From an uncultured delta proteobacterium (GTDB lineage: Bacteria; Desulfobacterota; Syntrophia; Syntrophales; UBA2185): 64,000 bases of DNA. The stretch is from NCBI GenBank assembly GCA_963695875.1, contig CAVOID010000004.1, positions 64,001-128,000 on the forward strand, in the 5' to 3' direction. This document shows, piece by piece, positions 32,808 to 44,492 of this stretch (its first letter is position 1; each line of letters opens with the position of its first letter). The notes beneath the pieces were generated by a model. It was not told the DNA's origin. It saw only the letters and a list, made by a program, of their open reading frames with translations, and made no database searches. The translations under genes and the position numbers were made by a program.

Positions 32808-33091
32808 AAAAATCCTTTGATAATGGCGTAGAATTATAATTGCGCCCGCTGGAGCACAAAGAGAGAAGGAGACGCTTCAATTTATTGACAAATATGGTTA
32901 GAGGTAGTAATACTTCGGCATCTTCAGCCACCTTTTTTTGGGAGGTTCCATATTTGTCTTATATTTCTCTTAGACCTCATATACGGGCAATGTGAACCCA
33001 GTATATGTCCAATCCCTTGGTTAACGAGGCCCATAGAGGTGAAGCGTAATTTTTTTGAAAATTAAAGATTTCTCATATAAAGTATATAAGG

Positions 33092-33985
33092 ATGTTTCGA
33101 ATCTTCGGGAAAACGCAAGAGGCCCATATGGTAAAACGTAAGAAGCCGGAAGCCTTCTTGAAGGGTTTGGTAGAATTATCATCTTTACCCTTCATATATA
33201 TCAAAATTAATGATGCTGTTAGCAATCCCCTATCTTCCATACAGGATATAAGCGAGATAATAAGCGGTGACCCCGGACTTACCTCCCGACTGCTCCGGCT
33301 TGTCAACAGTGCGTTTTATGGTTTTCCATCGAAAATTGACACGGTCAGCCGTGCCCTTCTTATGGTAGGCACGCAACAGATGCGTGATCTTGCTTTGGCA
33401 ACCTCTGTAATGAGTTTGTTCAAAGGGATACCGGGACATCTTGTCAGCATGGAATCGCTATGGAGGCATAGTGTGGCCTGCGGCCTCGCTGCAAGGATGC
33501 TCGCGACAGTCAGACAGTGCGAGGCGAACGTGGAGCTTTTCTTTACAGCGGGTATTATTCATGACATTGGCCGGCTCGTTATATACAAAAAAATCCCGGA
33601 AACAGCACAGGAAATGATTCTTCGCTGTAAGGACAATAAGGAGCCGTTATATTTGGTTGAAAAAGAAATGCTTGGTTTTGACCATTCTGATTTAGGGCGT
33701 ATGCTTGCACAATCATGGAATCTGCCTCCGAGCCTGGAGGAGGTGTTAGCCTGCCATCATTTTCCGCGGGAAGCCAAACAATACCCTGTCGAGACAGGCG
33801 TGGTCCATATAGCTGATTATATCGCCCATGAAATACAGCTGGGAAACAGCGGAGAACAGTATATACCGCCTTTAGACGAGAAGGTGTGGGAACTCGTTGG
33901 TATTCCCTCAAGCGTGTTATCTTCCACATCTGATCAATTAAGGCACGAGTTTGAGGATGTCGTACAGTCGCTATGGGAAATTTAG
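33092..33985 (+). CDS. HDOD domain protein
   Basis: LSSLP, DPGLTSRLLRLVNSAFYG, LWRHS, GIIHDIG, DH..LG and W.LP motifs. Confidence 0.9.
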   Translation: MFRIFGKTQEAHMVKRKKPEAFLKGLVELSSLPFIYIKINDAVSNPLSSIQDISEIISGDPGLTSRLLRLVNSAFYGFPSKIDTVSRALLMVGTQQMRDLALATSVMSLFKGIPGHLVSMESLWRHSVACGLAARMLATVRQCEANVELFFTAGIIHDIGRLVIYKKIPETAQEMILRCKDNKEPLYLVEKEMLGFDHSDLGRMLAQSWNLPPSLEEVLACHHFPREAKQYPVETGVVHIADYIAHEIQLGNSGEQYIPPLDEKVWELVGIPSSVLSSTSDQLRHEFEDVVQSLWEI

Positions 33986-34304
33986 ATGCAAGAGGTGTGT
34001 AGCCCCCATTCCAGACTACCAGTACTATAAATCCCAATGATTTGATTTCCTAGATTCTCGCTACCCGCCTTCATAGTAAGGAGCGTGAAGCCTGACTTTG
34101 TGACATCGAATCGCCGCTTTTGTTCATCTCTGCAACATTTCAATTTGAAGTAAACAAAATCCGCATCAAATGCCAGAAACATCAGTGCAGCAAAAAAACG
34201 CAGAACTCTATTCCCAAATGTGTTACAAATGAAGATAACAAGTCATGAATAGGGAGATTGCTGGATGTGCCAGAATTAATAAAAAACTGGTGCTTGTTGC
34301 TAAT

Positions 34305-34517
34305 TTAACGAATGGGAAAATCAATCCTCTCATAGGAGCGGCAGGCATCTCGGCATACCCCATGACGGATCGGATGGTTCAGGTCGAAGGCCGCACATAT
34401 GATGACAAAAACTAGCTCCTTGTGCATGCTGTCGGTGCGAATACCGGCGGCCAGATCGACTCGGTAATGACTGCTGCGATTATGCTCTCCGCACTGAAAG
34501 GGATGGGGATAGGCTAA
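34305..34517 (+). pseudogene. C-terminal remnant of a Na+-translocating decarboxylase beta subunit (OadB/GcdB family)
   Basis: Translates GKINPLIGAAGISAYPM..RMVQ...N*LLVHAVGANTGGQI with an in-frame TAG at 34413; the 5' part is absent. Confidence 0.8.
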
Positions 34518-34664
34518 CGAGAACAAGTTTGGAAAGGTAGGACTGTTATTCGGGAGAGTCCTTCCTGCGGGTTTGCATTTGCGGGTGTGCTTGAAAGCGA
34601 CAAGATCAATTACGGGACCAGGAATGGCGCAGGTGATCTGACAAGCAAATATAGAGGAGGTTAT

Positions 34665-35153
34665 ATGAAAGCCAAAGATATCATGGTCCCTTTCCAGGAT
34701 TACCTGAAACCTGATGATACTCTCAGGGCGGCGGTCAAATTGTTCAAAACTGCCGTTCGGGGAGAACAAAAAACAGGTGTTATGGGATTGCCGGTACTTG
34801 ACGAAAAAGGGAAGCTAGGTGGTATGTTGTCAATGATGGATATTCTCAGGGCGGTTTATCCGTCTTACATGTCTATGATGAATTTGGGTGAGTTCACCTG
34901 GGATGGGATGCTGGAATCGTTCGCAAAACAGGCGGGATATAAGAAGGTTAAGGATCTCATGACCAGGGATGTTATCACCGTTAGGGAGGATGACCCCCTT
35001 ATGGAGTGTGTCGACCATATTATAAAAAATCGAGTAAGGAGGCTGCCCGTTCTGGATAAAACGGGAAAGGTAGTCGGTATGCTCTATCTAAGGGATATCT
35101 TCTTTGCCATTACGAAAGCGATGCTTGAGGAAGATAGTGGAGGTGCGAAATGA
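34665..35153 (+). CDS. CBS domain protein
   Basis: GGAGG RBS; MKAKDIM, GLPVLD..GKL.G, KVKDLMT and RRLPVLD..GKVVG. Confidence 0.9.
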   Translation: MKAKDIMVPFQDYLKPDDTLRAAVKLFKTAVRGEQKTGVMGLPVLDEKGKLGGMLSMMDILRAVYPSYMSMMNLGEFTWDGMLESFAKQAGYKKVKDLMTRDVITVREDDPLMECVDHIIKNRVRRLPVLDKTGKVVGMLYLRDIFFAITKAMLEEDSGGAK

Positions 35154-36520
35154 CACAGGAAGTTTCCGCTGCTTCAGAACAGATCGCAATGGGGCCGGCA
35201 TTCTGGATCGCCACGACCATTTTTCTTCTGGCGTACGGACTGATCATGTACGAGAAAATTCACAAGACCATAATTGCCGTCTTTGGGGCCGCCCTGTTGA
35301 TTGTCATCGGGATCGTCACACAGGACGAAGCGTTTACTTCTCTGGAACTCGGTGTTGACTGGAACGTGATCTTCCTTCTCGTGAGCATGATGGTTATCAT
35401 CAACATCATGAAGCCCACGGGTTGCTTTGAATACATTGCCATCAAAAGCGCCAAGACGGCAAAAGGGAAACCTTTCATGATCATGGCGATATTCTCTATC
35501 GTCACAGCGGTCGTGTCGGCCTTTCTGGATAATGTCACAACGGTCCTTCTGATCGCTCCGGTAACACTCCTTATTTGTCAAGCACTGGAGCTCGATGTGG
35601 TACCATTTCTAATCACGGAAGCGCTGGCATCCAACATCGGAGGGACAGCTACTCTCATCGGTGATCCTCCGAACATCATGATTGGTTCAAAGGCCCAACT
35701 GGGTTTCATGCCTTTCGTTTATCATCTGACGCCGGTCATCATCGTTGTCTTGATTGCCTACGTCATCAGTATCAAATTCATCTTCGGCAGGAAAATGGTT
35801 GTCAAAGAAGAGTTGAGGCAAAGAGTCATGGCCATGGATGAAAACGCAGCCATCAAAGATCCGGTGCTCCTGAAGAAATCCCTTGTGGTTCTTGCCGTCA
35901 CGATTACAGGTTTTGTCATCCATGGAATGCTCCACCTGCAGCCTGCAACTATCGCTCTCTTCGGTGCGGGACTTCTCCTCCTGGTTTCCGGGATCAAAGA
36001 TCCCCACCGCGTCCTTGCAGAGGCGGAATGGAGTTCTCTCTTCTTCTTTATCGGCCTCTTTATTATCATCGGAGCTGTAGTAAAAGTGGGTCTCATCAAA
36101 TGGATGTCCATCAAGGTGCTGGAGCTTACCCATGGGAACCTCTTCGGGACGACCATGATCGTGATGTGGTTTTCCGCCTTCGCCTCGGCGTTCATCGACA
36201 ACATCCCTTACGTTGCTACGATGAACCCCCTCATTATAGATATGGCAAAGCAGCTCTGGCCGAATCTCTCCGGTGTTGAGCTCTTGCACCATCCCGATCT
36301 AATGCCCATGTGGTGGTCGTTGGCTTTAGGAGCTTGTTTGGGAGGGAATGGAACGGCTATCGGCGCCTCCGCTAATGTTATTGTTGTCGGCATGGCGGAG
36401 AAGATGGGACGTCCCATATCTTTCAAGAAGTTCATGCTCTACGGGATGCCCCTCATGATAGAATCCGTCATCATCTGCATGATCTATGTCTGGCTGCGGT
36501 ATTATGTGCTGATGATATAG
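35150..36520 (+). CDS. ArsB/NhaD (ion transporter superfamily) permease
   Basis: SAFLDNVTT, SNIGGTATLIGDPPNIMI, SAFIDNIP and LGGNGT.IGASAN motifs. Confidence 0.92.
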   Translation: MTQEVSAASEQIAMGPAFWIATTIFLLAYGLIMYEKIHKTIIAVFGAALLIVIGIVTQDEAFTSLELGVDWNVIFLLVSMMVIINIMKPTGCFEYIAIKSAKTAKGKPFMIMAIFSIVTAVVSAFLDNVTTVLLIAPVTLLICQALELDVVPFLITEALASNIGGTATLIGDPPNIMIGSKAQLGFMPFVYHLTPVIIVVLIAYVISIKFIFGRKMVVKEELRQRVMAMDENAAIKDPVLLKKSLVVLAVTITGFVIHGMLHLQPATIALFGAGLLLLVSGIKDPHRVLAEAEWSSLFFFIGLFIIIGAVVKVGLIKWMSIKVLELTHGNLFGTTMIVMWFSAFASAFIDNIPYVATMNPLIIDMAKQLWPNLSGVELLHHPDLMPMWWSLALGACLGGNGTAIGASANVIVVGMAEKMGRPISFKKFMLYGMPLMIESVIICMIYVWLRYYVLMI

Positions 36521-36666
36521 AATATGGAGCAGGCTGTTGAAAAACGCCTCCGCAAGGTTATTGTATAGTCCGAAGACGAAAGACCTTGAACTCTCAGAGG
36601 CAGTTGAACATAAGTAAAGGAGAGTGATATGTTGAAGTCAAAGCCGGAAGTGAAAGAATGGGTGGC

Positions 36667-37059
36667 CTATGCAATAAGTTGCAATGCTGTAGAGCCAAAA
36701 GCGGTCGGGGATGAGCGAAATCGATTCTCTATGGCTTCTTCCACTTCTTCAATTCTGAAAGGTTTGGCAAGGCAGATGTCAGCGCCTGCATCCTTGAGCT
36801 CTTTCAGGGCTTCATGGTAGCCGCTTATTCCGATGATATATACGCCTGGAAATTGCGATTTTATGAATTTGCACAGTTCAACACCGCCCATTATGGGCAT
36901 CTTGGCATCCGTGATAACAACGTCATACCTGTTATTAAGTAGCTGCTTGACCGCCTCAGTCCCGTCATACGCCTTGCTTACCTCATGGCCGATTAGCTCC
37001 ATCATTGAAGACAGAATTTCCACGATATCCGGACTATCGTCCACTACCAGCAATTTCAT
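36667..37059 (-). CDS. Single-domain response regulator
   Basis: LVVDD, ITD.KMP and KPF motifs. Confidence 0.88.
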   Translation of the reverse strand: MKLLVVDDSPDIVEILSSMMELIGHEVSKAYDGTEAVKQLLNNRYDVVITDAKMPIMGGVELCKFIKSQFPGVYIIGISGYHEALKELKDAGADICLAKPFRIEEVEEAIENRFRSSPTAFGSTALQLIA

Positions 37060-37172
37060 ATTTGGCCTCCACAGGTTATTAGTTTGAAAGGAGGATTCGT
37101 GCCGATTTTGCTCTGGATCAGAACGATACCGCCTATCAACATGCTTGTTTTCATAGACCTTTTTAAATAAGT

Positions 37173-37349
37173 TTATTTTTCTATTTGCGACCGGGAGATG
37201 CGGGTTTCCTCTTCTGAATCATCGATCCTGATCAGCACGATGATAATAGCAAGCACTAGTAGGACATGTATAAACGAACTCAGAGTATAACCGGTCACCA
37301 GCCCCAGTAACCATATAATCATTAGTATAGAAGCAACCGCCCACAACAT
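37173..37349 (-). CDS. lmo0937-family small membrane protein
   Basis: MLWAVASILMIIWLLGLVTGYTLSSFIHVLLVLAIIIVLIRI. Confidence 0.75.
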   Translation of the reverse strand: MLWAVASILMIIWLLGLVTGYTLSSFIHVLLVLAIIIVLIRIDDSEEETRISRSQIEK

Positions 37350-37792
37350 GTGATTCTCTTTCTTTATCTTAGTTTTGACTATGATATTCCCTCTAATTAG
37401 ATTTATGCATATAAAATATTTCTACAACGAAAATATATATTTCAGAATTTCACGTGACCCTGAAAATATACGGACAGGGCAGAGATAATGGAAGATTCCA
37501 GCCCTTTCAGCGGTAATGAGTCAGCTTTACCTTTAAAATATCTTGACAGGCTGGAGCCAAGAATTTCTTCTTCAGCATTACGAGGAATCTCTACTTTTGG
37601 ATCCATGGCCACTTCTTTATTGCTTTTCATCATAGGACTTGCCTTTTCTATGGACATAATATCATTAGCTTAAATTACTTGTGATCAAATGAGATGGATT
37701 CTGGTCTTGGCCTTCTTTTTATGCATATGACATTTATATAGTTACTATCTGGTTATTAATAACGCTTTTTTCAATTTCAATTTAATGTGCTT

Positions 37793-37846
37793 ATCAGCGG
37801 AAGGCAATGAGGATTAAATGGAAGAATAATGGTAGGTATAAACTAC
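37793..37846. repeat. 54-bp dispersed intergenic repeat, copy 1
   Basis: 48/54 identical to 50065-50118 by manual alignment. Confidence 0.85.
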
Positions 37847-38087
37847 TTTCTATCTCATTTTTCGATAGTACGACTCCTCGTTCTGTTTAACACAAGCCGG
37901 ATTTACGATGATTTTGTGGCCTTCTAAGTTAGAAGCACAATCGGTCGAGATGGTATGAAATTAAAGATATGATCTACTATGCGAGTTGGTTTTCACCTGT
38001 CACGGATGGTCATGGCTATGCATGAAATTGAATGGATGTGTGATCGGCGGCCATTTGATCCAAAAGTGAACTTTCTTATCTTGCGTG

Positions 38088-41000
38088 TCACTTGATATCT
38101 CTATGGTAAGCCTGCAGGGATTTTGCACGGCCATGTCGCTGGCGGTTTGCCGCGATTCCTTTGGCGGCCGCAACAGCAGCTGCAAGTGTAGTAATGTAAG
38201 GGATCTTGTGCTTGATTGCATTTTTTCGAATATATGAATCGTCGTACTTTCCAAGCCTTCCGTTCGGTGTGTTGATGACTAACTGGATTTCCCTGTTCTT
38301 GATGCCGTCGACGATATTCGGCCGACCCTCATGCATCTTGAGAATGGGCTCTGTCTGGATACCGTTTTGCAAAAGGTACTGATGGGTTCCTTCGGTGGAT
38401 TTGATACGGAATCCGAGTCGTTGGAATTCCCTTACCACGCCGAGCACACCGCCCTTATCCTTATCGTCCACAGTTATGAGTATCGTCCCCGCATCGGGAA
38501 GAACCTGTTGCGCGGCCTCCTCCGCCTTATAGAAAGCAAGTCCGAAAGAGTCGGCGAGACCCAGGACCTCCCCGGTAGATCGCATCTCGGGCCCGAGGAC
38601 CGGGTCTACCTCATGGAACATATTGAAGGGAAAGACCGCTTCCTTCACGCCAAAGTGCCTGATCGACCTTTCCTTGAGATCCAGTTCGGTGATCTTCTTT
38701 CCCAGCATGATCTGGGTGGCAATGCGCGCCATGGAAATATTGCAGACCTTGGATACAAGGGGCACTGTTCTGGATGCCCTCGGGTTGGCTTCCAGTATGT
38801 AGACCACATCGTTTGCAATGGCATACTGTATATTCATGAGACCCACTACGTTGAATTCTACGGCGATCTTCTTCGTGTAGTCGCATATGGTATCGATATG
38901 CCGTACGGGAATGCTGATGGGGGGGATCACGCAGGCCGAATCGCCCGAATGGATCCCGGCAAGCTCGATATGCTCCATCACCGCAGGAACGAAAGCATCC
39001 GTCCCGTCGGAGATAGCATCTGCTTCTGCCTCGATGGCGTTCTCAAGAAATTTGTCTATGAGGATGGGACGCTCCGGTGTCACTCCTACTGCCGCAACCA
39101 CGTAGCGCTTGAGCATCTGTTCGTCGTGAACGACCTCCATGCCTCGCCCGCCGAGAACATAGGAGGGACGAACCATGAGGGGATAGCCGATTTTTGCGGC
39201 AATCTCGATGGCCTCATCCAGTGTGCTCGCCATCCCTGACTCCGGCATGGGGATGCCGAGCTTCTTCATCATCTGACGAAACCGGTCGCGGTCTTCGGCA
39301 AGATCGATTGTTTCCGGGGAAGTCCCGATGATCTTGACACCAGCCTGATACAGTTCGTTCGCGATATTCAGGGGTGTCTGTCCCCCAAATTGAACGATGA
39401 CACCCTCGGGTTTTTCCTTCTCGTAAATGGAGAGTACATCCTCCACTGTAAGGGGTTCGAAGTAGAGTTTGTCCGAGGTATCGTAGTCTGTGGAGACGGT
39501 CTCAGGGTTGCAGTTTACCATGATAGACTCATAACCCTCGTCTCGGAGGGCAAACGCCGCATGAACGCAACAGTAATCGAACTCAATACCCTGGCCGATT
39601 CGATTGGGACCGCCACCCAGGACCATGATCTTCCTGCGATCGCTTACACCCACTTTATCCGGGGCGTTGTAGGTTGAGTAATAATAAGCCGCATCTTCCA
39701 CTCCGCTAACCGGGACGGGTTCCCACCTCTGTCCGAGCCCCAGTCTCAGGCGCCGCTCCCGCACTATCTTCTCGGGAACCTTGAGGAGCATGGCAAGGTA
39801 ACGGTCCGAAAAACCGTCCTTCTTTGCCTGCGAGCAGGAGTTCATCGGGCAGGTTCTCCATACTATACCGGCTGATCTTCTCCTCAAGCTCCACGAGTTC
39901 TTTCATCTGTTCTATGAACCAGTGCTTGATATAGGTTCTTTTGTATAGATCTTCAACAGAGGCTCCTTTTCTCAGGGCCTCGTACATGATGAACTGCCGT
40001 TCACTGGATGGTTCATAGAGGAGATCCATAAGTTCTTCGAGGGTCTTCTGGTGGAAATCCTTCACGAAACCAAGGCCGTAACGGCCCTTCTCCAGGGAGC
40101 GGATGGACTTCTGAAAGGCTTCTTTGTATGTTTTGCCGATACTCATGACCTCACCGACGGCTCGCATCTGGGTGCCCAGCTTGTCCTCGGCGCCGGGGAA
40201 CTTTTCAAAGTCCCAGCGGGAAAATTTTACTACTACATAGTCCCCCCAGGGCGTATATTTTTCGAGGGTGCCTTCACGCCAGTAAGGAATTTCATCAAGG
40301 GTAAGACCTCCGGCAAGGAGCGACGAGACATAGGCAATGGGAAATCCCGTTGCTTTTGAGGCGAGGGCCGAGGAGCGGGAGGTTCTGGGGTTGATCTCGA
40401 TCACGACTACCCGCCCCGTTTCGGGATCGTGGGCAAACTGGATATTTGTGCCGCCGATAACCTGGATGGCCTCGACGATGTCATACGAGTACTTCTGGAG
40501 GCGCTTCTGGAGATCGGGATCGATGGTAAGCATGGGGGCCGTGCAGTAGGAATCGCCGGTGTGCACTCCCATGGCGTCCACGTTCTCGATGAAGCAGACC
40601 GTGATCATCTGGTTCTTCGCATCACGAACGACCTCGAGTTCCAGCTCTTCCCAGCCCAGGACCGATTCCTCTACCAGGATCTGCCCGACGAGGCTTGCCG
40701 ATATGCCGCGGCTTGCCACGGTGCGGAGTTCTTCGAGGTTATAAACCAGGCCTCCCCCGGTTCCTCCCATGGTATAGGCAGGGCGGATTACCACGGGATA
40801 ACCGATTTTTGCCGCGATCTCTTTAGCCTCCTCAACATTGTAAGCGGGCTCACTCTGGGGCATATCGATCCCAAGCTTATTCATCGTCTCCTTGAAGGCA
40901 ATACGATCCTCACCTCGTTCGATGGCATCCACCTGGACCCCGATGACCTTGACACCGTATTTCTTGAGGACGCCCGTGCGGATAGAGTTCCGAGGTAAGA

Positions 41001-41290
41001 TTGAGACCGTTCTGGCCGCCGAGGTTGGGCAGGATCGCATCGGGTCGTTCATTTTCGATTATCTCTGTCAGGTACTGGAGATTTAATGGTTCCACGTAGG
41101 TGACATCGGCCATTCCGGGATCTGTCATGATGGTGGCCGGATTGGAATTTACGAGGACGATCTCGTAGCCGAGCTTCCTCAGGGCCTTGCATGCCTGGGT
41201 ACCCGAATAATCGAACTCGCAGGCCTGGCCGATCACGATGGGGCCTGATCCTATGATTAATACTTTGTTAATGTCAGTTCGTTTTGGCAT
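38088..41290 (-). CDS. carB: Carbamoyl-phosphate synthase large subunit (frameshifts near 41000 and 39850)
   Basis: MPKRTDI...[34 protein letters not shown]-terminal MGS domain. Confidence 0.95.
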
Positions 41291-41723
41291 AAAATTATCC
41301 TTTCATTCTCAATTAAACGTCACATTTTCAATGCATCCTCAGCACTGGAATCCGTGTCAGGAGTCGAAGATTTTCACAACACTTAAAGTGAAGTTATTTA
41401 ACTATACTTAGTTCTGGACCCGAAGTAATCGGATGAGGACATTCCTTGCATGAGAATTAACATGCAAAAATGTTTAAAATTAATTCATTATTAGTACAAA
41501 TATGTATCAATGGCCGATGCGAATATAGGAGAGTCATATCGTGATGTCAAGGTAAAAAAGGAAGGGGATGAGGTTCTCAAGATTTTGATAAAGATCGATA
41601 GTAATTGACGGGAAGGTGAGGAAAATCTTCCATGATGTATTTAAAGGATGGCGGTGCGTGACCTACAGGTGTGGGTCTTGATTCGGCCATTCCTGTGTTG
41701 CATGTATAGACGGTACGCCTGTC

Positions 41724-42913
41724 CTACTTTTTACTGATCAATATTTTCCTGGCGGCTGCTTTTGCTTCCTCATATACTTTCCTCAGGGGATTCCCTGTTT
41801 GACTGGCGATCTCTTTGCAGTCCTCATATTCCGGGGATATATTTTTTATCTCCTGACCGACTTCGGCTCACTTTCACCCTTACGCATCCAAATGCCGTCT
41901 CCACCGTGAGCATTTCTCTCGGGAGTTTTTTCCTCTCCAGACGGTGAAGCCTGATCCCCAGAGAGGTCGTTTCTGCGAAGACTATGGACAGCATTTCTTC
42001 AAGTTTGTCCGGTGTAGATCAAAACGCTCAGCAGTGTTCCCGGCCTGTTCTTCTTCATGAAGATCGGCGTCATGAAGACATCAAGGGCGCCTCTTTCCAG
42101 GAGTTTTTCAGAGGCGTAGCCGAAAAACTCCGGATTCATGTCGTCCAGATTGGTTTCGATGAGGATGACCTCGTCTTCTTCATATTCTGTCTTTTCGTCG
42201 GCTATCACCTACCCATACCCGAAGCAGGTTCGGTATCTTCAGGTCACTGCTGCCGGCTCCGTAGCCGATGCGATTTATCTTCATCTTCGGGATGATGCCG
42301 AAACTTTTCGCCACGTTCTTGAGAATTGCGATCCCGGTAGGGGTGACCAGTTCTTTTTCCATACCGCTTGCGTATATGGGTATGCCCTTAAGCAGCTCAA
42401 GGGTGGCGGGAGCGGGGAGCGGCAGGGTTCCATGGTCACATTCTACGAATCCCGTCCCCACGGGAATCCGGGAGGCGTAGACTGCTTCAATACCCAACAG
42501 CTTGATGCCGATGAGAGCCCCGACGATGTCGATGATGGAATCTAATCCGCCGATCTCGTGGAAATGAACCTTCCCGGGATTACTGTTGTGGATCTTTGCC
42601 TCGACGTGAGCTAATTCGTGGAAGATGGCCTTGCTCGAAGCCTTGATATCATCTCCGAGATCGCTGTGATCGATGATTTTTTCAATGTCTTTTAGATGTC
42701 TCTCGACGTGGTCTTCCTCTGCATCAACAGAGAATCTCGTTCCGGAAAGCCCTTTCCTGGCAGTTTTCTCGGCGTTCTGAGGGTGTATCCGGATATCTTA
42801 AGTTTGTTCAATTCTGATTCGAGTTGATGCAAATCAAGTCCGGCATCGATGAGCGCTCCCAGTATCATGTCGCCGCTGATGCCCGAGAAACAGTCGAAAT
42901 ACGCTATCTGCAT
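41724..42913 (-). CDS. larC: Nickel-pincer cofactor nickel insertase (several frameshifts)
   Basis: [44 protein letters not shown] and ETNLDD..MKKNRPG motifs. Confidence 0.9.
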
Positions 42914-43671
42914 TCTTTCTTACCCATCTGGTTTATGAAGCTGGCGAAGTATCCGGCCCCGAATCCGTTGTCAATGTTCACGGTCACCACACCCGGTGCA
43001 CAGCAGTTGAGCATGGATAGCAGTGCGGCCAGGCCCTCAAAACTGGCGCCGTAGCCCACACTGGTCGGGACTGCGATCACCGGACAATCCACCATCCCGC
43101 CGATGATGCTTGCCAGAGCCCCCTCCATGCCGGCCACCACTACAATGACGTTGGCATTGAACAGCTTTTCCCTGCTGTCGAAGAGCCTGTGCACGCCGGC
43201 AACACCGATGTCGTAGACCCTGTCGACGGCATTCCCCATGATTTCCGCGGTGATTGCCGCCTCCTCCGCGATCGGTACATCTGAGGTTCCTGCAGTGACC
43301 ACGAGGATTGTTTTTGTGGATTTTTTCTTCCTGTTCTTGCCTGACCAGCACGATCTTGGCCATTTCGTAGTAGACTGCGTCTTCCCTTACCTTCTTGATG
43401 GCTCTAAAGGCTCCGCTTATCGGCTTTGGTTGCCATGATGAAGTCGGCCTCCTGCGAGAGGCTTTCCACAATTTTCTCAATTTGTTCGATGGATTTCCCC
43501 TTGCAAAGTATCACTTCCGGGAAGCCTCTCCTCAAGTCCCTGTGAGTATCGATTTTGGCATCGCCTAAATCCTGATAGGGAAACGATCTCAAAGCCCTGA
43601 GGGCGTCGTCGATCCCGGTCTTTCCGACTTTCACATTTTCCAAAAGTCTCCTTGAGCTTCTCTCTATCCAT
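42904..43671 (-). CDS. larB: NPN cofactor biosynthesis carboxylase/hydrolase (frameshifted)
   Basis: [42 protein letters not shown] and VNIDNGFGA motifs. Confidence 0.92.
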
Positions 43672-43673
43672 CG

Positions 43674-44492
43674 CTATCTCGTTTCTTTCAAGGGTTCGTT
43701 CATGCTGCCCATCCTGTAACCCTGAAGATCCAGGGTGACATACGTATATCCTAGGGCCTTGAATTTTTCCATGATCTTTTTTGATATCTTCTCGTCAAGG
43801 AACATGGGCATATCCGCACGCGGCACCTCTATCCTGGCAATGTTATCGTGGTCTCTGACTCTCAATTGCCGTATTCCGAGGTCTGCCAGGAATTCCTCCG
43901 CCCTGGCAACCCGCGAGACCTTCTCTCTGGTTATTTGCGTCCCGTAGGGAAACCTTGATGACAGGCAGGGAAGGGGGGGCTTGTCCCACGTGGGGAGATT
44001 CATTTCTTTCGATAGTGCCCTGATTTCATCCTTTGTGAAGCCGGCTTCCTTGAGCGGGCTTCTGACGTGGAACTCTGCGGCCGCCCTCATCCCCGGGCGG
44101 AAGTCCTTCTCATCATCACAATTGGAGCCGTCTATCACATAGTTTAAGCCATGTTCCTTTGCCAACGCGAAAAGCTTGGTAAAGAGTTCCGTCTTGCAGT
44201 AGTAGCATCTCTCCGGGGAGTTGGATGAGAAATTTGGATCGTCCAATTCATTCGTGTTTACAACCACGTGCTTTGCGCCGATTGATTCGGCATTTTTCTT
44301 GGCCTCATGGAGCTCCCGTGGTGTGTATGTCTCTGAACATGCTGTTACGGCTATCGCCTTGTCACCCAAAACGTTTGAGGTAACTTTGAGCAGAAATGTG
44401 CTGTCCGTGCCCCCGGAGTAGGCGACAAGGACGCTCTGCATATCAGCCAGTATCTTTTTAAGTGATTTCAGTTTTGATGAAAGTTGCGTCAT
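43674..44492 (-). CDS. larE: ATP-dependent sulfur transferase LarE
   Basis: PP-loop AYSGGTDS; RCYYCK, DD..DFRPG, CLSSRFPYG, LRVR.H and GYRMGSMN motifs. Confidence 0.92.
   Translation of the reverse strand: MTQLSSKLKSLKKILADMQSVLVAYSGGTDSTFLLKVTSNVLGDKAIAVTACSETYTPRELHEAKKNAESIGAKHVVVNTNELDDPNFSSNSPERCYYCKTELFTKLFALAKEHGLNYVIDGSNCDDEKDFRPGMRAAAEFHVRSPLKEAGFTKDEIRALSKEMNLPTWDKPPLPCLSSRFPYGTQITREKVSRVARAEEFLADLGIRQLRVRDHDNIARIEVPRADMPMFLDEKISKKIMEKFKALGYTYVTLDLQGYRMGSMNEPLKETR

Noticed and set aside
38331..39239. Long antisense ORFs (also 4734-5459, 40429-40998 and 53764-54780)
   Set aside because: They are shadows of well-supported genes on the opposite strand and carry no motifs.
38088..41290. 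carB without carA as a novel ammonia-dependent or lar-linked system
   Set aside because: Split carA/carB loci are common, and the 430-bp gap from larC gives no evidence of coupling.
41724..42913. Programmed larC1/larC2 frameshift
   Set aside because: There are several breaks at scattered positions, indistinguishable from the background indel noise.
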